64,000 nt of DNA from Dendrobates tinctorius (taxonomy: Eukaryota), in the NCBI RefSeq assembly GCF_039654945.1, contig NW_027361848.1, forward strand, positions 1 to 64,000, in the 5' to 3' direction. Shown in pieces: positions 1-13,833 of the stretch. Position 1 is the first letter of the stretch. Each line of letters begins with the position of its first letter. A program made the translations under genes and the position numbers. Below the pieces are notes generated by a model. That model was not told the origin of the DNA and ran no database searches. It saw only the letters and a list, made by a program, of their open reading frames with translations.

Positions 1-61
1 AAGAGAGAGAGATAGAAGAGAGAGAGATAGAAGAGAGAGAGATAGAAGAGAGAGAGATAGA

Positions 62-94
<33 letters not shown>

Positions 95-317
95 TAGAAG
101 AGAGNNNNNNNNNNNNNNNNNNNNNNNNNNNNNNNNNNNNNNNNNNNNNNNNNNNNNNNNNNNNNNNNNNNNNNNNNNNNNNNNNNNNNNNNNNNNNNNN
201 NNNNNNNNNNNNNNNNNNNNNNNNNNNNNNNNNNNNNNNNNNNNNNNNNNNNNNNNNNNNNNNNNNNNNNNATAGAAGAGAGAGAGAGAGATAGAAGAGA
301 GAGAGAGAGAGAGAGAT

Positions 318-353
<36 letters not shown>

Positions 354-790
354 AGAGAGAGAGAGAGATAGAAGAGAGAGAGAGATAGAAGGAAGAAGAG
401 AGATAGAGGAGAAGAGAGAGATAGAAGGAAGAAAGAGAGAGATAGAAGGAAGAAAGAGAGAGATAGAAGGAAGAAGAGAGAGATAGAAGGAAGAAAGAGA
501 GAGATAGAAGGAAGAAAGAGAGAGATAGATGGAAGAAAGAGAGATAGAGAAGAGGAGAGATAGAGAAGAGATAGATAGAGAAGAGAGAGATAGAGAAGAG
601 AGAGATAGAGAAGAGAGAGATAGAGAAGAGAGAGATAGAGAAGAGAGAGATAGAGAAGAGAGAGATAGAGAAGAGAGAGATAGAGAAGAGAGAGATAGAG
701 AAGAGAGAGATAGAGAAGAGAGAGATAGAGAAGAGAGAGATAGAGAATGAGAGAGATAGAGGAAGAGAAAGAGAGAAGAGAGAGAGAGAG
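1..790. repeat. Purine-rich (AG)n/GATA simple repeat, including a 15-bp unit array (AGAGAAGAGAGAGAT) at about 576-745
   Basis: Directly visible; interrupted by an N run. Confidence 0.95.
105..271. other. Assembly gap (N run)
   Basis: 167 N bases. Confidence 1.
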
Positions 791-792
791 AG

Positions 793-937
793 GGCCCATC
801 CGTCAAGATCCGCCGGTAATGCAACTCAATGGGGAAAAAAAAAAATAGATCCGCAAAACAAAATGGCGGATCCGTTTTTTTTGCAAAACTGCGGATTTTG
901 ACTGATGGTCACAAACGGAAGTGTGAAACAGGCCTTA
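793..937. mobile_element. Right-end fragment of a PIF/Harbinger-like MITE
   Basis: Ends in ggaagtgtgaaacaggcc-tta, with the same terminus and ggatccg/aaaaaa internal motifs as the complete copies at 40611 and 55324. Confidence 0.55.
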
Positions 938-1769
938 GTTACCAAATTGTAAAATTCACATACCAGCAAAACACTAGGTCAATTCCAATAATAAAGTCAC
1001 TCTGTGTGGGTTGGTTCTACTGTTTTGGCACTTCAAGGACATGGCGCCTGCAAACAACTCCATCAAATTATGCGCTCAAAAACGTCAGTCCTTCCTTTTG
1101 GAGCTCAGCAGTGAGCCTAAACAGTAGTTTTCCAGCACATATAGGGAACCTTGTACTCAGAAGGAATGGCACAGCAAATTTCGGGGTCCATTTTATCCTG
1201 TTACCCCTGTTAAAAATTTGGGGCTAAAAACAGTTTTGTGGGAAAATGTGATTTTCATGGCTCAACGTGAGAATTCCATCAAGCACCTGGGTGTTCAAGG
1301 TGCTCATAACACATCTAGATAATTTCTTGAGGGATCTAGTTTCCATTCGTCCATTTCCATTCTAGTTTCCAGAATTAGGTCATTTGTGGGGGGTTCCACT
1401 ATTTAGACACATCAGGGGCTCTGCAAACGCGACATGGCGTCCTTTATTTATTCCAGCCAATTTTGTGCTTCAAAAGTCAAACGTTGCTCCTTGCTTTCTA
1501 AGCCCTGACATGTACTTAAATATAAAATACTCCACCAACAAAACCACATGGTATTTAGTCAACTGACCACTATTAGATAATATATGGACCTCATGTGAAT
1601 TATTAGACAAATATGGACACTTCAAACATACCGCATAACCAGTTACCAAAGGAAACAATGATGTACTAGTCCACATAAAGATAGAAAGCAATGAATCTTT
1701 ATTATGGATAAATTATTAAAATTGACAGATTGATAATGGAAAAAGGGAATTGTATAAAATGACAAGCTA

Positions 1770-2097
1770 CTATATTTTTCAGATTATAAGACGCACCCCA
1801 AATTTTGAGGAGAAAGGTAGAAAACAAAAACACACTTTTTTTTAATAAAATGGCAGTGCTTCTTATACTCCATGCGTATCATTGCTTCCCAGGGGTGGTG
1901 GCTGTGGTTAAGTGGGGTCCCAGGGTCGTTGCTGGAAGAGGCAAGAGTAGTGTAGCGGCAGCCCAGGGGACAGAGTGCAGCGGCAGCACCGGACACCAAC
2001 AGCATCGATTAGGTATATCTGCATTATAAGATGCACCCCCATTATCCCCCCAAATTTTGGGGGGAAAAGTGCGTCTTTTAATCCAAAAAATACGGTA
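1770..2097. mobile_element. Short Tc1/pogo-like MITE
   Basis: Terminal inverted motifs tatttttcagattataagacgcac and gtgcgtcttttaatccaaaaaatacggta. Confidence 0.55.
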
Positions 2098-2224
2098 ACT
2101 GCATAAATGCTGAACCATAACACCAGCCTCTTATTTATAAATGCCTAAGCAGTCAATGATAGTTACCTAGATGTACTTGTGCAGAGTGGGCAGCTCCTGG
2201 TGAGGGTCAGGATGGGAGTGTGTG

Positions 2225-2269
2225 CCAGCCCCAACGAACGTTTCGGCCCTGCCTTCATCAGGGGGCTGG
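2225..2269 (-). ncRNA. Type I hammerhead ribozyme (minimal, PLE/retrozyme type)
   Basis: Minus-strand RNA reads CCAGCCCC-CUGAUGA-A-GGC-AGG-GCC-GAAA-C-GUUC-GU-U-GGGGCUGG. This gives an 8-bp stem I, an intact core, stem II, a short stem III and a GUU cleavage triplet. Confidence 0.8.
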
Positions 2270-4862
2270 TGTTATGGTCCACTATATGCCGGGGGATCTT
2301 GTTTAGCATTCGGATGTACTGTGCGCTTCTAAATTTTTGCATTATTGATGGTGCCTTTATTGATTAATAATTTGGTGATATTATACATATTGCTTACTGT
2401 CTAGGGTGGTCATGTGGGGTGTGTGCTCCCCATTTTTGTAACAGCATTTATGGACAATTAGCTTGTCATTTTATACAATTCCCTTTTCCCGTTATCTGTG
2501 TCAATTTTAATATTTATTACTAGAAAACATTGAATCTTTATCTTTATTTGAATTAGCACATCATTATTTCCTTTGATAACTGGTTATGCATGTACTTTAA
2601 TAGTAGTTTTCCACCACATACGGGGTATCTGCATACTCAGGAAAATTTGCTCAACAAATTGTATGGTCCATTTTCTCCAGTTACCTTTGTAAAAATGCTA
2701 AATTATGGGATAAAGCAACTATTTCGTGAGGAAAAGTAAAACGTTAATTTTTTTCCACATTGCTTTAATTCCTGTGTAGCACCTCAAAGGTTAATAATCC
2801 TCTTGAATGTGGTTTTGAGTGGGTGCAGTTTTTAGAATGGTGTCACTTTTGGGTATTTTCTGTCATAAAGGTCCCTCAAAGTCACTTAAAATGTGATGTG
2901 GTCCCTAAAAATATTGCTTTTGTAAATTTTGTTGGAAAAGTGAGAAATTGCTGATATTTTTTTTGTTAGGAAGTTAAAAGTTTGTTTAAAAAATTATGTA
3001 ATTATGTAAAGTAGACTTGTGGTAAATATTATTTATTAACTATTTTGTGTAACTTTATGACAAAAATTAGAGAATTGGAAAGTTGGAAAATTTACGGCAA
3101 ATTTCAGATATTTTCACAAACAAAAAATATCAACCTAAATTTACCACTAACAAAGTACGATGCGTCACAAAAAAAGCAAAAACTCAGAACCACTGGGATA
3201 CATTGAAGCCTTCTAGCATTATTACCACAAAGTGACGCTGATCAGAATTGTAAAACCTGGCCTAGTCAGGAAGGTGAAAACAGGCTGGGTGGTGAAGTGG
3301 TTAAACGTTTAATAGTTCTATCCATTGAGCAATGGCTGTAATGTAACAGCAATAATCATTCTGACTTACCTGTGATGAATCAATACTCCAGCATGACATG
3401 GCTGTTATCTCTGACTCATTTTATTGGGAAGGTGGGAGCGCTAGAAACTCAGTAAGCATAACTTAAAAGATTCACATCCGCTTAATGTTATCCAATCCCC
3501 TTTACCGCTAGTGACCTGGTAGTTTTCAGCACGGGTCATGATCACTTTAACATGAGATGCTGTCTGATCATAAATTTCCTACACGGTCTCCCAAGTGGTG
3601 CAGGACAGACCTGGTCTGGTATTATGACCAGGTCATGGCCTAGTAGGGGACAATTAGGGAAGACACTACATAGGTAAATTAAACTCTGTATATTAGGATT
3701 TAAGCCATTGGCTGAATTGTTGGCTTTTGCAGTCTCACACTAGATGCTTTTAAGCCAAACTGGTCAATAAAGGGGTTCTATCTAAAAGTAATGTCTAAGG
3801 GGGCCCCAGAGAAATGATTGGTCGAATGTATCAGCACTGCCAAAAGATTTGATGAGCTGCCATCAGAAAGGTTTGGCGAATGATCTCTCGGAGAACTCAG
3901 GAGTGGCTCGGCTGAATGAGTGCTCCTGTGTATAGAAGAATAGGCAATATAGTATTGCTTATAGCCAATCAGCTGCACGCCATCTAAGGACTATGGTGGG
4001 ATTGTTTATCTATCCACAGGATATCCAACACCTTCACCATCTGCAGTCAGCCTCAGGATCAAGCCCGATTTCCTCTGAAGAAGCCCCCTATATCATCCAT
4101 ACTGAGGTATTGTGCACCATCACTGAGAGCTAAAGCTCAGCACAAGTGCATTGAACAGTGAGTTAATCCCTGAACAGGGACAATAGAGGAGCTAGTCACA
4201 GGTTAAGCTTGTATAAACAAACGTTATCATTGATTACAGTCACTACATAATTCAGGAATAATCTATATTTTCTATAAAGTATGAGAGGCAAACACCCTGC
4301 AAATAGGATAAAAGCCAAACCAGACATTATGGGCTCATGCAGACGTCAGTTCATCTCTGTATGATCACGGACCACAATGAATACATGGACTGGCTGAGGG
4401 TCTCCCAGCCAGAACATAACAGCTTCATATATATCAATGAGGCTGTCATGCATTGTGGTCTGTGATCCTACAGAGATGCACCAAGTCTGCATAAACTCCA
4501 AGTCATGAGCAAGGCTCCTTAACCGCTCGATAATGACTTTTAGAATTGGTACTTCTAATAGTTAGCACTAAAGTTCAATGCCTCTTCTCTTCCGTACAGG
4601 CAATGTGTATATTTAATTTCCCAGAGTGGTATTGCATGGCCTAGAGATCTCTTTACCCCAGCATGTCCCGCTCTACACTGACAGAAGTTACCCCTTACAT
4701 CCTCATCAGAGGCCTCTCATCCAGTCAAATTCGACCTCTTGCTTTGCTCTGGTAAGGGGCAAACAAGACAAAACACCTGTCTGCAAATATGATCAAAAAA
4801 AGTCAAACCAGACACTCCAAGCCATGTGGAAAAGCTCACTAAATTGTCAGTACTGACCTTTA

Positions 4863-5129
<267 letters not shown>

Positions 5130-6104
5130 TCATTCATTTCTGTACAAGGCAATTGTTTTACTGACAGTGTTAACATTTCATCACAGGAAGGGAATCTGTC
5201 AGTTGGATCAATCCTCCTAAGCCATCCATATGAGCATGCAGGTCAGAGAAAGTGGATGGGTGACAGTACAGCTGAGTTGCACTTTGTCTCATTACAAACA
5301 CTTCCATCAGATCTCTCATAGTGATGGCAGCTGCCCCCACAATGGCTGCGGTGATGGTGTGTTAGTAATCACACTTCGCTCTACTCTGCTCCAGGCACTA
5401 TACGATAACACATAGTTCTACAATGAGACCAATCGTATTATAAACCTACAGAGAATGCAGTTCAGATGCACTTAAATGAGAAAATACATTTGTTATTAGA
5501 ACAACAACCTTATTAAAATGAAAAACACAGAATTTTAAAAGTAGAAACACAATGGGAAAAAAGACATGGCAGAGATGATAAATACAGGCAATACAGTACA
5601 ATGTGATAAACGGTGGCAATAATTTACAGGAATGGGACATAAATACACAATGATGTAATTGCAAAATGTGATTCAAAAGGAACCTGCGACCAGAAACAAT
5701 GCTATTAACCTGAAGATATGGTGTTAATCTGCAGGTTAATAGCGTTATTATGCCGTCCGGCGTCTGCACGCAGCTGAAGGCAGCGGGGAGAAAATGAACT
5801 TTATTCTCCCTGACAGCATTCAGTTTTCAAATATCAAAAAAAACTGACCATCATTTCCAAACAGAAATCAGGTGTGAACAGGTGCTTACTAACAGTAGTC
5901 ATCTCCATAAACAACTAAGAAATAAAGTAGCATTCTATAGTGCTATAGCACAAGGCAATTCTTGTTGCTGGAACCTGCCTAATGTCAATCATCTCTTTAG
6001 GCTGAAGCCTACATTTATATGGGAAGGCAAGATCCTGCATTTAAAAACTCCTGAGGCTAAAGGGTGGTGTGCTCAGTCATAGAGCCTATGTATACAAATA
6101 TTAA

Positions 6105-7322
6105 CCCATTCAAGACAGAACCCTTTTTCGGTTTTGCGTTTGTTTTTCACTCCCCTTCTTCCCAGAGCCATAACTTTTTTACTTTTCCATCAATATGGCC
6201 ATGTGAGGGCTTATTTTTTGCGTGACGAGTTGTACTTTTGAACGATACCATTGGTTTTACCATGTAGTGTACTCGAAAACGGGAAAAAAATTCCAAGTGC
6301 GGTGAAATTGCAAAAAAAGTGCAATCCCACACTTCTTGTTTGGCTTTTTTGCTAGGTTCACTAAATACTAAATCTGACCTGCCATTATGATTCTCCAGGA
6401 CATTACGAGTTCATAAACACCAAACATGTCTAGGTTCTCTTATCTAAGTGGTGAAAAAAAATTCCAAAGTTAGCTTAAATAAAAAAAAAAATTGCGCCAT
6501 TTTCCGAGACCCGTAGCGTCTCCATTTTTCGTGATCTCGGGTTGGGTGAGGGCTTATTTTTTGCGGGCCGAGCTGATTTAATGATACCAGTTTTGTGCAG
6601 ATTAGTTCTTTAGATCGCTCGTTATTGAATTTTAATGAAATTCGCAGCGACAAAAAAAAAAAAAAAAAAGACTCTGGCGGTTTCATTTTTTTTTCTCACT
6701 ACGCCATTTAGCGATCAGGTTAATCTTTTTTTATTGATGATCGGGCAATTCTGAATGCGGCGATACCAAATGTATATGTTTGATTTTTTTAATTGTTTTA
6801 TTTTAATTGGGGCGAAAAGGGGTGATTTGAACTTATGTTTTTATTTTTTTAAATTTCTAAATTTTTTTCTTTTTTTCACACTTTTGGCATGCTTCAATAG
6901 AAGCTGCCACACAACTGGATCACCTCTGCTACATAGAGGTGATGCATAGGTCACCTCTAGGTAGCAGAATGACAGCATTGCTATGAGCGCCGACCACAGG
7001 GTTCCGCTCATAGCAATCTGCCATCAACATCCATAGAGGTCTCGAGGAGACCTCTGGTTGTCATGGCAGCGCACTGATGACCCCCGATCACGTGACGGGG
7101 GTCAGTGGTGTGTGTACTTCCGGCTGCGCGCCCGGAGGCTCTAGTTAAAACCCGCTGTCAGAGTTTGACAGCGGGATTTAACTAGTTAATAGGTGCGGGT
7201 GGATGGTGATTCCGCTCTTGCCTATTGCGGGCACATATCAGCTGTTCAAAACAGCGCTGGAGCCTACATCAAAAGGGGGAGACACGACATGCACCGTACT
7301 AGTACGACATGTCATGAAGGGG
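6105..7322. mobile_element. piggyBac-like non-autonomous element
   Basis: TTAA-cccattca...tgaagggg-ctaa ends. The host repeat (tatacaaata...aagactgac) is split at this site. Confidence 0.65.
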
Positions 7323-7924
7323 CTAAAAGACTGACCGTTCCTTACAAACAAAAAACAGGTGTGTACAAATGCTTACTAAGAGTAGCGATCTCCATATATA
7401 ACCAACAAATAAATTAGCATTATGTAGCACTAGAGCGTGCAAACGTGAAATATATGAAATTTGAATTGCATTACCCGCAGCCATGATAAGGCGATTTTTG
7501 TTGCTGGGAACCTGCCTAATATGAATGCTCTCTTACGCTGAAGCCTACATTTATATGGGAAAGCAGGATCCTGCAATTAAAAACTCCTAACGCTGAGGGG
7601 TGGAGTGCTCAGTCAGAGTTAATGTATACAAATATCAAAAGACTGACTTTCACTTACAAGCAGAAAACAGGTGCTTACTAAGAGTAGTGATCTCCATACA
7701 GTGGGGAAAAAAAAAGTATTTAGTAAGCCACTAACTGTGCAAGTTCTCCCACTTAAAAAGATGAGAGAGGCCTGTAATTGACATCATAGGTACTGTAGAT
7801 CATAACTATGAGAGTCAAAATGAGAAAACAAGTCCAGAAAATCACCTTGTCTGATTTGGCAAGATTTCACAAATTATGGTGCAAAATAAGTATTTGGTCA
7901 TTAACAAAAGTTCATCTCAATATT

Positions 7925-8940
<1,016 letters not shown>

Positions 8941-9541
8941 TGGAGTTTGGAGTGTGACTGAGGTTGTGGACAGGTGTCTTTTATACTGATAGCATGTTCA
9001 AACATGCGTCATTACTACAGGTAATGAGGAGGACAGAGGAGCCTGTTAAGGAAATAGTTACAGGTCTGTGGATTTTTGTGATAAACTCACCGTAAAATCC
9101 TTTTCTCCGAGACGCTCATTGGGGGCACAGGTACTGTGGGTGTATGCTACTGCCGCCTGGAGGCTGACACTAAGTGAAAAAAGGTTAGCTCCTCCTCTGC
9201 CGTATACGCCCTCGCCCCGATTGCGGGCGGAAATCAGTTTAGTGCAAAAGCAGTAGGAGAACAACAAAATCAGCCTTAATGCAGGTAAGATGTCCAGAAA
9301 AAAACAACCTAATATCAAACGAAAATGCATATTAATTAAACAAACAAGATCCAACTGGCTAACAGGGTGGGTGCTGTGTCCCCTAATGAGCGTCTCGGAG
9401 AAAAGGATTTTACGGCAAGTTTATCACACAAATCCATGTTTCTCCTTCGCCTCATTGGGGGACACCGGTACTATGGGACGTCCTAAAGCAGTCCCTGGAT
9501 GGGAAGTTGACTCACCGAATCAAGCTACATGCACCTCCTGT

Positions 9542-10566
9542 CTAAAGGTGTGCCACCGCTGCTTGGAGAATCCTTCTACCCAGGCTAGCATATGCTGAAG
9601 CCAGAGTATGAATAGTGTAATGTTTGGCAAATGTGTGTAGGCTGGACAAGGTCGCTGCCTTGCAAACCTGTTCCGTCGAAACCTGGTGCCAAAGCGCCCA
9701 AGAGGCGCCCATTGCCCGAGTAGTGTGTGCTCTGATCCCTACTTGAATCGGCGCGCCTCTGGTGCGGAAGGACTCCTGAATAGTCAAATGAATCCATCTG
9801 GCTATGGTTGATTTTGAGGCAGCGAGTCCCTTCCTGCGACCCTCGGGGAGCACGAACAGCGTGACCATCTGACGAAAGGGTGCCGTCCGTACCTCCTGAG
9901 GGCTCTTACCAGGTCTAACGTGTTCAGAGCCTTTTCCACATGGTGTACCAGTGCTGGACAAAGAGAGGGCAAGACAATATCCTCATTAATGTGAAACGAG
10001 GAAACGACCTTAGGCAGAAAGGGGGGGAGCTGGTCTGAGCACCAACTAATCCTTACGGAAGGTGAGAAACGGCGCTCGGCAGGATAGGGCAGCCAGCTCC
10101 GAGACCCGCCTGATAGAAGTTATGGCTACCAGGAATACCACCTTCCAGGAAAGGTACAACAAAGGGACATCCTGTAGCGGTTCAAATGGAACTTCCTGCA
10201 GAATGCTTAGGACCAGGTTAAAGTCCCTATAGGGAAGTACCAAATGGGAGACTCCCTGGATGAAAGTCTTCACCTGCCAATTGGTAGCAATTCTGCGCTG
10301 GAACAGGACGGATAAGGCCGATATCTGTCTCCTGAGGGAGCTTGGGGCTAACCCTGAGTCTAGGCCAGACTGGAGAAAGGCCAAGATGTTGGGAATAAAG
10401 TAGAAAATCTCAGTGGACAACAACCGCGGCCTCGACACCAAGAAAAGAAAACCTTCCAGGTGTGATGGTAAATACGTGCTGAGGCAGGCTTCCGGGCCCT
10501 AATCATTGTAGCGACCACCTCATGCCCAAACCCCGCCTGGGCTAGAATCCAAGATTCAACGGCCAT
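9542..10566 (-). pseudogene. DIRS tyrosine recombinase (frameshifted)
   Basis: ORF pieces 10360-10827, 10046-10441 and 9542-9961 carry the R..HxxR..Y residues. Confidence 0.85.
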
Positions 10567-12400
10567 GCCGTTAAAACACAGGGCCCCTGAGCTCTGGTGG
10601 AAGATCGGGCCCTGGGATAGTAGATCCGGGCGCTCTGGCAGTCGCCAAGGAACGTCGGCGAGCAGCTGCACTAGATCTGTGTACCACACTTGACGGGGCC
10701 AGCAGAATCGCTGGAACCCCATCTGTTTTGATCTTTTTGATGACTCTCGGAAGTAGTGGCAGCAGGGGAAATGGCAGAACCAACGCATCCACAGCGATTG
10801 CCTGCGGGTCCCTGGACTGAGCGACAAACGTGGGCACCTTGGCGTTCACCCTGGAGGCCATCAGATCCACATCCGGTGTTCCCCACCGTTGGCAAATCTG
10901 CTGGAAGGTCTCGGGGTGTAGTGACCACTCCCTGGACGCAAGACCCTGCCGGCTGAGGATGTCTGCCGCCCAGTTCTCCACGGCCGGGATGTGGACTGCC
11001 GATATCACCGAGTGGTTCCTCTCGTCCCAGTGAAGAACGTGCCCTACCTCGCGCACGGCTGCTCTGGTGCGCGTGCCCACTTGATTTATGTAAGCCACCA
11101 CCGTGGTGTTGTCCGATTGAATCCGGACAGGGCAGCCTGCTAGAAGGTGATGAAAATGTTGCAGAGCCAGCCGGATCGCTCGTATCTCCAACAAGTTGAT
11201 CGGGAGGCGTGCTTCCTGCGGCAACCACCGTTCTTGGGTCGTGTGGTGGCAAAAAAACGCTCCCCAGCCGAGGAGGCTGGCATCGGTTGTGACCACCAAC
11301 CAATGGTCTGGGGGAAAGGGTTTCCCCTGAAACAGGGAGGAACCGGTTATCCACCACTCGAGTGACTGACCGGAGAGGACAACCGGCACCGGTGATCGAG
11401 CGTGAATGGGTTCTTGTCCCAGGATGACAAGAGGGCGTGCTGCAGGGGGCGAAAATGGAACTGGGCGAATGGTATCGCTTCCATTGCTGCCACCATTTTC
11501 CCTAGAATCCTCATCCCGAAATGGATGGTATGAGGGACTGGTTGGCGAAGTGTCCGGACTCCCTGCTGGAGAGCTAGGGTCTTGTCCTGAAGGAGAATTA
11601 CCAACCCTCGGAAGGTGTGGAAGATCATCCCTAAAAAGGAAATCCTCTGAGCTGGAACAAGGGATGATTTCTTCTCGTTGACCAGCCACCCTAAGCGGGA
11701 AAGAGTAGCGTGATGTTGACACTTTCCTCGCATGCCCGAATTGAAGGGCCCTTGACCAAGAGGTGGTCTAAGTAAGGCAAGATGACTATGTCGTGCAGGA
11801 TGGCCATGACGACTTCCATGACACCTTTGTGAACACTCTGGGGGCGGTGGCTAGCCGTAAGGGCAGCGCTGCAAACTGGAAATGTAGACCGTTGATGGCA
11901 AAGCGTAGAAATCTTTGATGCGGAGGGAAAATGGGGATATGTAGGTAGGCGTCCTGGATATCGATAGAGGCCAAGTATTCTCCCTGCCCCATGGCAGATA
12001 TAACTGAACGGAGAGACTCCATCCGGAAATGTCTGACCCTGATGAATTTGTTCAGGAGCTTCAGGTCCAAAACAGGTCTGACAGTCCCGTCCCTTTTAGG
12101 GACCGCAAATAGATTGGAATAGAAGCCCTGAGCCTTTTCGTGTTCTGGCACAGGAATAATGACTCCGTTGCACTGGAGCGATTCGATGGCTCCTAGTAAA
12201 GCCCTTGCCCGGGTATCCACCTTGAGAAGACGGGAAAGAAAAAACTGTCTCGGGGGTACCTGACAAATTCTGTCTTGTACCCCGAGAACACCAGCTCTCT
12301 TATCCATGTGTCGTGTGCGACAGTGAGCCAAACGTGGCAAAACCAGAGTAGGTGGCCGCCTACCTTGCTGATGTCGCCTGAAAAATGCCTCAAATCATTT
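10556..12400 (-). pseudogene. DIRS RT-RNase H-methyltransferase-like ORF (frameshifted)
   Basis: Motifs FYSNLFAVPKRDGTVRPVLDLK, SIDIQDAYLHIPI, TTDAS and PDVDLMAS...DAL. Confidence 0.85.
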
Positions 12401-13833
12401 GGCTGAGGATTCTTGGGACTTGAATCCCCTCAATCTGGGCTGGTGAGTACGCATTCTCCCCAACGGGTTGGCTCTATATGAGACCTGTCGATCTCTATCC
12501 TGGTTGGGGCGACCTGAAGTGGCGGAATTGGCCGCTGTAGTCCAACCGGGGTTGCAAAAGGCCCGAAAACATGCCTGAAACTGGTGACGAAACGGCGGTT
12601 TGACCTTTTGTTGAGGCAGAAAACCGCTCTTCCCTTCTGTGGAGTCAGAGATGAGCTGATCTAACTTCTCTCCGAACAGGCGGCCGCACTGATAAGGTAG
12701 ACAAGTCAAGGACTTCTTGGAGGTTGAATCGGCCCGCCATGTCCTTAGCCATAGAGCTCTCCTAATGGAAATTGCGTTTGCGGCAGCAAGTGCAGCGCAA
12801 TTGGCCGCATCCAAAGATGCATTGATTAAGTAGTCCCCAGCCATAGAGATCTGACTCGCGATCTCTGATACTTCTGCAGATAGATCCATATCCTGCAAGA
12901 CTTTGTTTAATGATTCTGACCAAGAAATCATGGCCTTGGACACCCATGTTGCTGCAAACGAGGGAGAGAGTGCTGACCCGGATGCTTCAAATGCTGAGCG
13001 AGCCAAGCTCTCTATGAGATGATCCGTGGGATCCTTAATAGAAGAACCATTAGGTACGGATAACAGGGTTTTAGAGGTCAAGCGTGACACGGGTGGATCT
13101 ACCGCTGGGGATTCCGTCCATTTTTTACAGAGATCAGGGGCAAACGGATACCTTGCTTCGAGCGCCTTCTGGCCCGAGAAGCGTCTGTCCGGCCGTTCCC
13201 TGTGTCGTTGCACTATGTCCTCGAACTCTGGGTGAGTGCAAAATACTCTATGCGGCCGCTTAACTGACACCTTATAGCCTGAAGTCAAGGTGGAATCATC
13301 CTCGATCCCCAAAGTCTGGTTGACGGCTTTCATGAGACTGTCCACTGTTTCACGACATCCCGGAGTATCTAGGTCAAGGGTTTCGTCCGAGATGTAATCT
13401 GAGCTTCGCTAGCTATCGACTACTGGTGAAGGACAGCGAGAAGCGGAACTCACGGATGCCGAGGCACCGGATGGACCGGGAGACGCCGTGTGGGTTAGTT
13501 TCCCCCGCGTCTGCCTGGAGTGAGAGCGGCCCTTGCAGGCCGGAGGCTCCTGTGAGGTAGAGGACTCCTAAGACAGGCGAGCCACTGTCCCTGCCCCTAT
13601 CTGCGGAGTGAAGGGACTCGATTGCTATCGTAAGCGACGCCAAAGACTGCAACAGTGATAGGGCCCACACCAGGGGACTTGGTACACTGGGCTCGGTCGC
13701 AGAGGAGGTCTCCTGGGCGCGTTCGGAATCGCAGGCTTCGCATAATCGTTTGCTCTGCGTGTGTGGGAAAAGCGGCCCGACAAGAGATGCATGCAGCGTA
13801 TAGAAACGTATGCGTTTTCGCTTTTCCGGACAT
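12395..13833 (-). pseudogene. DIRS gag-like ORF1 (N-terminal CxxC..CxxC finger), frameshifted
   Basis: Starts MSGKAKTHTFLYAACISC. The 316-aa ORF at 12395-13345 (AVDPPVSRL, IRRALWLRTW, LFGEKLD) is homologous to gag of copy B. Confidence 0.8.

Larger units (their letters stand above)
1545..2600. mobile_element. Old Penelope-like/retrozyme remnant with inverted arms (about 1636-1769 vs 2459-2589) and an internal hammerhead
   Basis: Diverged inverted repeat (gcataaccagttaccaaaggaaa...gaattgtataaaatgacaagcta vs its reverse complement) plus the hammerhead at 2225-2269. Boundaries are approximate. Confidence 0.55.
990..3300. mobile_element. Partial piggyBac-like non-autonomous element (family of 30837 and 36310), interrupted by a PLE-like insertion
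   Basis: Shares internal sequence (cacatcaggggctctgcaaacgc, gggtgcagtttttagaatggtgtcac) with 31500-36135 and ends ...gaagtgg-TTAA. Confidence 0.6.

Noticed and set aside
529-750. 73-aa ORF of REERD repeats
   Set aside because: It is a translation of a 15-bp simple repeat next to an assembly gap, with no gene context.
10671-11357. Long alternative-frame ORFs overlapping DIRS pol (also 32771-33889 and the first part of 44060-45385)
   Set aside because: These fit the known overlapping-ORF layout of DIRS elements (the YR frame overlaps RT/RNase H) and are not separate host genes.
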